Source: Dictyostelium discoideum (Eukaryota). Taken from it: DNA of 64,000 nt. This document shows, one piece after another, positions 56,332 to 64,000 of this stretch. Where the stretch lies: assembly GCA_000004695.1 (NCBI GenBank), contig CM000151.3:8384001-8448000 (forward strand). Direction: 5' to 3'. The notes below the pieces were generated by a model. That model was not told the origin of the DNA and did not search any database. It saw nothing but the letters and a program-made list of their open reading frames with translations. Within the stretch, counting starts at the first letter, position 1; each line of letters opens with the position of its first letter. A program made the position numbers and the translations under genes.

Positions 56332-57827
56332 TAATAATAATAATAATAATAATAATGATAATAATAATAATAATAATGAAAATAAAAATAAATATAAAAA
56401 TAATTATAATAATAATAATAAAAATAATAATAATCAAGGAAAGGTTGAAACCTTGAATGGTTTTTTAAGAGAGCATGGTTTAACTAGTCAACAATTGAAG
56501 AATTTGATTTCAGCTGATGATAAATATTTGAAATATAATACAAATTCAATAGAAATGCATTACACCTTATTACTTACCTCATGGCATAGATGTGAAGAAA
56601 GGAAAGTTACAATTAAAATCAGCTCATACCATGATGTAAAACAAATTCAATATCATAATGATGGAAAACTTGATTTAAAAAAATCAATTCAAGTTATACC
56701 AGGTATGTAAAAAAAAACATGTATTATATATTAAAAAAACAATTAAATTTTATTAATTGAAATAAATCAATATAGGAATTAAATTCTGCACTGAACCCCA
56801 AATATATACCAATGTTTTTAAAATACATCTTCCTTATCCTTCATTTTTGGAAAAAAAAAAAGATTTACATTATTTTATGATTTTTGAAATTGAAGAGGAG
56901 GCTAATGGAACAAATATCCCTATGGGTCGTAGTTGGTCCAAATCATTTTATCCAATTAAAATTAAATTAAAAGAAGATGAAAAGGAAAGTGAAAAAATAT
57001 TAGATCTTAATTCAATTGTTAATTCCATGAATTCTTTTTCAGATAAGTACACCAATACAGAGAATATAAATTTATTTGAAGATTTTAATGGATTAAAAAT
57101 CAAAATGAATGATATTAAAAATTCATTTGCAAATTTGGAAAAAAAGGATGAAAATGATGAAAAAAATGATGAAGATAATGAATATAAGGAACAATATTTA
57201 TGTGAAATTGGTAATGTTTATGAAAAAAGAAAGTTTCAACCCAAACAAACCACATCATCAGCAAAAATAAACGCACCAGGTACTGTTCTATCAATAAAGG
57301 AACAATACTCCAATTTGATAATTCGTGTTGGATGGGGTCAAGAAAATGATAAAGCTTTGTTTCAAGTCAATTATCATAATTTAAATTTTGAATTAAAAGA
57401 AGATCCAAATTTTGAATTAATAAATTTAAAAAATTTAAAATATGAAAAGGAAAATCAAAAAAAAGGATTAGTCGCAAAAAATCAAAAAAATAATAAAATA
57501 GAAAATTCATTGAAAATTTCAAAAGGAAAATTATTGCAAGAAGAAATAGAAAAAATAAAAAATGATATCGAATCAATTGACAAATTCATTAGTGAAATTG
57601 AATCAAAAATTGAAAATCAGGACCAATACACCACAGAGGAGAAGATGGAAAAAAACTTTGAAAAGAAATGGAAAGAGTATAATAGTACCTTTATCAAAAT
57701 TAAATCAGAGATTTCAAAATTAAAGATTTTATCTTATGTTGACTTTCAAAAATCATTTAAAGATATTCTAAAGAATAATTTCCCAGAGAATTTTATTAAT
57801 ACCAGATTTGATGCATATTGCTATTAA
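55922..57827 (+). CDS. unknown protein, Asn-rich N-terminus and Lys/Glu-rich coiled-coil C-terminus, 2 exons
   Basis: Exon 1 is 55922..56702 (donor G|GTATGT, phase 1); the intron runs to about 56774 (...ATATAG); exon 2 is about 56775..57827, giving ...SIQVIP G IKFCTEPQIYTNVFK...EANGTNIPMGRSWSK... Exon 2 start is accurate to +/-1 nt. Confidence 0.5.
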
Positions 57828-57930
57828 AAAGGGGTTAATAATAAAATAACAAATAATAGAAAATCAATTATGTAATTATTTCTTATAAATTTTCAAATTC
57901 AAAGTTATAGTTAATCCAATCCAATCCAAT

Positions 57931-57974
<44 letters not shown>

Positions 57975-58319
57975 TATAAAAGTTGATGGAAATGTTTCTT
58001 TCTCAATCAATTAAATGCTTCTTTAGAACCTTTTGATTCTAAATTTGCTTATTATCAAAAAAACAATAAAAAATTGGTTTTAAAAATATATCGGAAATAA
58101 TTGAAAAAGAAAAAAAAGTGACGCTTTAAAATTTGAGTAAAAAACGGTTATGAAAAAAAATCTTTTATTTTTTTTTTTTGAATTTTCGTCACCAATTACC
58201 AAACGACGTTTTTGTTTTTTTTTTATATTTAAGTGGTATCGAAAAAAAAAAAAAAAAACAAAAAAAAAACCATCAAAACATTAAAAAAGTTCATTTAAAC
58301 AGAAAGAAATAATAAAAAA

Positions 58320-58719
58320 ATGAAATTATTAAACTCACTAATTTTATTAGTTTTAACTTGTTTGGTATCGTCAATCAATACTCAATTCATTTCCATTCAA
58401 AAGTATGATTTTAGTGGAAATTGTAAAAATAGCTCAGATTCAGCAAGTAGTTTTGAAGCATCAAGCGAATCAGCAGCAATTTGTATGCAAAATGATTTAT
58501 TATCTGGTATAGTTACAAATGAGGGTGTTTGCTTAATATTTAATGAAGTTCCAACTACATTCATTATATCAACAAAAGGTGATTACATTGTTCGTTCAAT
58601 TTATGATATAAACGATAATAATTGTCAAGGTAATTATTTTATTTTTTACTTTTTTATTTTATTTCTATTATTGACTACTGATTTTGTAGGTGGCAGTGAG
58701 GCAAATACTAATAATAAAA

Positions 58720-58791
<72 letters not shown>

Positions 58792-59193
58792 TTTACCACA
58801 GGTGGTATTATTGAAAATAAAGCAATTGAAATTGATGAATGTTTTGTTGAGTGTGCTGATGATTACCATGGAAGTACATATTTATTTTCAACTGAAACAT
58901 CTTTAAATTACCCATCTAATACCTTCATGGAAATATCTTACAATGGTGAATGTGATGGACAATGGAAAACTAGTTTCAATTATCTTCAATATTACATTGT
59001 AAATAAATGTAATGTTGCACATGAAATTGAAACTCATACCTTTTCTGTAGGTTGTAATAGTACTTCTTCTTGGGTTAGTGAATACGCTGGTGAAGTTTGT
59101 ACCGTTGAACCAACTGTTACCACATCTTATCCAATAGTTGATAATTGTGGAGATTTAGATAATTCCAACTTTATTGATTATTGTAACATTTAA
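58320..59193 (+). CDS. secreted Cys-rich protein, tandem family member 1, 2 exons
   Basis: Signal peptide MKLLNSLILLVLTCLVSSINTQ. Exon 1 is 58320..58629 (..NDNNCQ G|GTAATT, phase 1); the intron 58630..58801 contains an (ATT)n microsatellite; exon 2 is 58802..59193 (GGIIENKAIEIDECFVECADDYHG ... CNSTSSWVSEYAGEVCTV ... DYCNI*). Confidence 0.75.
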
Positions 59194-59491
59194 ATTATTA
59201 AAGTCTTTTAAAAATAAAAATTGTTGGTTAATTATTTTTTTTTAATTTTTTTTTTTTTTTTATTATTATTAACCAAAAAAATATATAGTGTTCCAAATTT
59301 TTACATTCTTTATTTTTTTTTATTTTTTTTTTGGGGTTTAATTAAAAAAAAAATAACTCAAAATTTTAAGTGAAAATGTTAAAAAAAAAAAATATCTCTT
59401 TTTTTTAATTTTTTAGTTTTGTCAAAAAAAAAAAAAAACCATCAAAACATTAAAAAAGTTGATTTAAAAAAAAGAAAGAAATAATAAAAAA

Positions 59492-59928
59492 ATGAAATTA
59501 TTAAACTCACTAATTTTATTAGTTTTAACTTGTTTGGTATCGTCAATCAATACTCAATTCATTTCCATTCAAAAGTATGATTTTAGTGGAAATTGTAAAA
59601 ATAGTTCAGATTCAGCAAGTAGTTTTGAAGCATCAAGCGAATCAGCAGCAATTTGTATGCAAAATGATTTATTATCTGGTATAGTTACAAATGAGGGTGT
59701 TTGCTTAATATTTAATGAAATCCCAACTACATTCCTTATATCATCAAATGGTGATTACGTTGTTAGTACAATTTATGATAAAGACGATCTTAATTGTCAA
59801 GGTAATTATTTTATTTTTTTATTTTTTTAATATTTTATTCCTATAATTAATTGACTACTGATTTTGTTGGTGAAGTTGTGCAAATACTTATAGTATATAT
59901 TTTATATTTTTAAATTTATTAATAAATA

Positions 59929-59988
<60 letters not shown>

Positions 59989-60389
59989 TTACCACAGGTA
60001 ATATTATTGGAAATAGAGCAATTAAAATTGGTGAATGTTTTGTTGAGTGTGCTGATGATTACCACGGAAGTACATATTTATTTTCAACTGAAACATCTTT
60101 CAATTACCCATCTAATACCTACATTGAAATATCTTACAATGGCGAATGTGATGGACAATGGAAAACTGGTTTTAACTATCTTCAATATTACATTGTCAAT
60201 AAATGTAATGTTGCACATGAAATTGAAACTCATACCTTTTCTGTAGGTTGTAATAGTACTTCTTCTTGGGTTAGTGAATACGCTGGTGAAATTTGTACCG
60301 TTCGACCAAGTATTACTTATACTAACCAAATCGGTGATAATTGTGGTGGTTTTAATAGTGCCAACTTTATTGATTATTGTAACATTTAA
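59492..60389 (+). CDS. secreted Cys-rich protein, tandem family member 2, 2 exons
   Basis: Exon 1 is 59492..59801 and is 98% identical to member 1 exon 1. The intron 59802..59997 contains (ATT)n. Exon 2 is 59998..60389 (G NIIGNRAIKIGECFVECADDYHGSTYLF...CNSTSSWVSEYAGEICTVRPS...DYCNI*). The track has no ORF here because exon 2 lacks a start codon, but the frame is open across all 392 nt. Confidence 0.7.
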
Positions 60390-60440
60390 ATTATTAAAGT
60401 TTCAAAAATAAAATAAAATTATTGGTTTGTACTTTCTTTG

Positions 60441-60495
<55 letters not shown>

Positions 60496-60780
60496 CTGAA
60501 AATCCTATTCTACAACACAAAGCATGCTTTGCTTTGAATTAAAAAGTAATTGAATTTTATAATTATTTTTTTAAAAAAAAAATATATATAAATTTCTCGA
60601 ACATGTCATAAATAAATTCTAGAAAAATTAAATGATATTTTGAGATTTTTTAAATTTTTATAAAAACATTTAGATATTTTTTATAATGATATCACTTTAA
60701 AACAAATTTTCATTTTTTTTTAAAAAATGAATTGTAAAAGTCAATAAAATTTTTTTTTTTTTTTCTTCAACACATAAAAT

Positions 60781-60784
60781 AAAA

Positions 60785-60865
<81 letters not shown>

Positions 60866-60885
60866 AAATAAATAAATAAATAAAT
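60781..60885. repeat. (AAAT)n microsatellite upstream of Cys-rich family member 3
   Basis: About 24 units with one AATT variant; ends about 30 nt before ATG 60919. Confidence 0.9.
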
Positions 60886-60918
60886 ACATAAAGAAAAAAA
60901 GAAAAAAAAAAAAAAAAA

Positions 60919-61766
60919 ATGAAATTATTATATTCATTAATTTTATTAGTACTAACATGTTTGATTTCATTAACTCAAACTCAATACATCTCCATACAAA
61001 ATTATCAATTCAGTGGGAATTGTAATAGATTTATCAATGGTAGCAGTAGTGATTCAACAGAAACTTGTGTTCAAGATGATTTATTGTCTGGTCAAGTGAC
61101 AAGTGAGGGTTTTTGTTTGATTTTTAATGAAGATATAAGCACATTAACAATATCACCAAATGGTAATTCAATTATTCAATCAATTTATTCACCAACTGAT
61201 TATAATTGCCAAGGTAATTATTTTATTATATAATTTTTTTTTTTTTTTTTTTTTTTAATTTTTTTTGTGTTTTTTTTTCTATTTTAATTTTTTGTGTTCT
61301 ATTTTTAGTTTTGAATAATTATTTTTATTATTTTTTATTTATTTTTTTATTTAATTATATTATTATTATAGGTGGTATTATTAAAGAGAAAGAACATGAA
61401 ATTGGTGAATGTTTTTCTCATTGTGTTGATGAAAACCATGGAAAAGTATATTCATTATCTACACAGTCATCAATTAGTTTCCCATCGAATACTTTTGTTG
61501 AAGTGTTTTATTCTGGTGAATGCAATGGGGATTGGAAAAATAATTTCAATTATCTTGATTATTTTGTGATTAATAAATGTAATATTGCATATGCTTTTGA
61601 AAGTCTTACCTATACTTTCAATTGTAATAGTACTTCTTCCTGGATGAGTGAGTTCAATGATGAAAATTGCACCGTTAAACCAGCTGGTATTCAAGTTGAT
61701 CCTTTAGCAAATAGTTGTAGTAATGCATCCAATAATAAAAACCATTTAGATATTTGTAATGTTTAA
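60919..61766 (+). CDS. secreted Cys-rich protein, tandem family member 3 (more diverged), 2 exons
   Basis: Signal peptide MKLLYSLILLVLTCLISLTQTQ. Exon 1 is 60919..61213 (..PTDYNCQ G|GTAATT); intron 61214..61371; exon 2 is 61372..61766 (GGIIKEKEHEIGECFSHCVDENHG...CNSTSSWMSEFNDENCTV...DICNV*). Confidence 0.7.
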
Positions 61767-61919
61767 ATCCAAAAATATCTTTTTTTTTTTTTTTTTTTTT
61801 TATTTTTTTTTTATTTTTAATTTTTAATTTTCTTTTTTCCATTTTTTTAATTTTTTTTCATTTTGTTTTTTTTTTTTATTTTTAACTTCAGTTTAATTTA
61901 TTAATAGGGCACAATAAGA

Positions 61920-62087
61920 ATGTCTATCTTTGGTAATAAATCATGGGTAGAAATAACAGAAGAAGATGAAGAGATACAAGCATCACCTCAACTATCAAGT
62001 AATCAAGATGATGATAATATTAAAAAATTAGAAAGTTTAATAATCTCTGATACTACAAATAATAAAAATGAAAATAACAATAATAAT

Positions 62088-62160
<73 letters not shown>

Positions 62161-63027
62161 GTAATATTAATAAAAAAGCATCACCACTTAAAAAGAATAC
62201 AATGACACCAAGAACTTCAATTAAATCTAAATATTTAGCAAATAAATTAAATAAAAGATCAACAATTCAAATTCCAATTCAAAAGGGAGGTAGTACTACT
62301 GCATCAAATAAAAAACAAAAAGAGAAAGCAAAAAAAGAAGAAGAGGAAGTTGAGGAGGAAGGTGAAGAGGAGGAAGAGGATGAATATGATGAATATGATG
62401 AAGATAATGACGATTATGATGAGGAGGATCAAGAACAAGATTATGATGAAGATTATGATGAGGAAGAAGAAGAAGAAGAGGATACCTATCATACCCCTCA
62501 AAAAAGAGCAAATAATAGTAATAATAAATTCAACATTAATAGTAATAATAGATATGTACAACAACACCAACACCAACAACAACAACAACAAAATAATTAT
62601 AACAATAATAATCAAACCTCTTCACCTCAACAACATTATCGAACTAAAGAGGATATTTTCTTTAGAAAGAATTTACTTCCATCACCATCACCACCACAAC
62701 ACCACCAACAACAACAACAACAACAACAAGGTAAATTTACAGGTAGAGATCTTAGAGATTTAATTAATGAAGAAAAGAAAAAAAATCCTCAAATTCATCA
62801 ACAGATGAAATCGCCTCAACATAATAATAACAATAATAGTAATAGTAGTACACCAACTAAAGGTGATTTAAGGGATTTAATTGAAAATGAAAAAAGAAAA
62901 ACACCTACATCATCACCACAACAACAACAAAAACAACATCATCAAGAAGGTGAAGATACACCATCTTCTCTAATGTCTGCTAGATTCTCAAGATTTAATT
63001 CACCATCATCATCACCACAACCACACC

Positions 63028-63085
<58 letters not shown>

Positions 63086-63314
63086 TAAACCACAACAAAG
63101 ATCAAATTTATCAACACCAATAACAAAAAGAAGAGATATTGAAGATTTAACTCCTTATTCTTCACCAAATCCTTCAACACCAATTCAAAGAAATAATAGT
63201 AATAACAATAGAAATTCACAAAATTCACCATCTATAACACCAACAAGAGGACCATTAAAATTTAATGTTGACTCACCTAAACAACCAATTGTTTTTAATA
63301 ATCAAAATAATCAA

Positions 63315-63397
<83 letters not shown>

Positions 63398-64000
63398 TGT
63401 AAAATTAACAAACGAATCAATTGATTTAAATAGTGTAAAACCAATTATTGGAACATGTAAAGATTATGAAAAATCATATCTTAGATTAACAGGACCAGCT
63501 GATCCAGCAAAAATTAGATCCATTGAGATTTTAGAAACTTGGTTTCCAAAATTGATTAGGAAATATCAAAATAATAAAAATTTCAATTATGCATTGGATC
63601 AATTAAAATCCATTAGACAAGATTTAATGGTACAACATATAAGAAATAAATTCACTGTCAATGTTTATGAGGCAAATGCAAAAATATGTTTAGAGAATTC
63701 AGATTTCATTGAATTTGGTCAATGTTTATCACAAATTAAAGAATTATATCATTCAATTTCTGATCAATCTTGTTTAGAAAATAAATTTGAATTTATATCT
63801 TATGATTTATTATTTAATTTAATTTTTATTAAAGATAATGGTAAATAATAAAATTATTATTATTCAGAAAAAAAAAAAAAAAAAAAAAAAAAATTTACTA
63901 ATATTAATTATTATTATTTAAATTTAGAATTAGAATTAATATCATTATTACCAAAAATTTTAAATGATGAAAGTTTTTATTCAAATGAAAATATTAAACA
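61920..64000 (+). CDS. SAC3/GANP(PCI)-domain protein (LENG8/SAC3D1-like), 3'-partial
   Basis: Exon 1 is 61920..63840: Asn-rich, an acidic E/D block, poly-Gln, then the SAC3/GANP signature region GTCKDYEKSYLRLTGPADPAKIRSIEILETWFPKLI...ALDQLKSIRQDLMVQHIRNKFTVNVYEANAKICLENSDFIEFGQCLSQIKELY. A phase-1 donor G|GTAAAT follows, then a probable next exon from about 63928 (ELELISLLPKILNDESFYSNENIK) that runs off the window. Confidence 0.65.

Noticed and set aside
55967-56456. ORFs 55967..56437(-) and 56226..56456(+) poly-Ile
   Set aside because: Antisense or frame-shifted translation of the (AAT)n tract in the 55922 gene.
60007-60329. ORFs 60007..60246(+) and 60084..60329(-)
   Set aside because: Off-frame or antisense within exon 2 of family member 2 (59998..60389), whose true frame lacks a start codon and is therefore absent from the track.
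62296-63231. ORFs 62296..62511(-), 62304..62615(-), 62350..62763(+), 62995..63231(-)
   Set aside because: Alternate frames of the acidic GAA/GAT and poly-Gln repeats in the SAC3-domain gene.

Overview
This is AT-rich eukaryotic nuclear DNA of Dictyostelium type: about 75-85% AT intergenic DNA with long homopolymer A/T runs, short AT-rich GT..AG introns, and coding poly-Asn/Gln (AAT/CAA) tracts. No CRISPR arrays, rRNA, tRNA or recognisable transposons were found.

I annotate about 29 protein-coding genes.

- **Conserved housekeeping and metabolic genes:** urocanase, guanine deaminase, valyl-tRNA synthetase, ribosomal protein L4, Sec24, a mitochondrial-type Obg GTPase, a family-A DNA polymerase, a Cof-type HAD phosphatase, and DUF726/TMCO4-like, SPRING/C12orf49-like and SAC3/GANP-like proteins.
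- **Surface and secreted gene families:**
  - Two tandem, mosaic paralogues of large multi-exon type-I membrane proteins with IPT/TIG-like, EGF-like and TM modules (Tgr-like).
  - Four genes for a two-exon secreted Cys-rich protein family, three of them in a tandem cluster.
  - Three dispersed GPI-type Ser/Thr-rich glycoproteins with a cupredoxin-like (ENOD/phytocyanin-like) N-domain that apparently lacks the copper ligands.
  - A divergently oriented pair of hssA/2C/7E-like small Ser/Gly/Cys-rich protein genes inside a 227-bp inverted repeat.

Notable oddities:

- A single in-frame TAG interrupts the otherwise colinear, conserved urocanase reading frame.
- Near-identical blocks alternate with about 50% diverged blocks between the two tandem Tgr-like genes, which points to gene conversion.
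- Several genes have micro first exons of 3 to 14 nt.
- A GC-rich island carries a small ORF in an AT desert.

The ORF track uses alternative start codons and misses start-less internal exons. Manually derived intron coordinates may be off by 1-2 nt.
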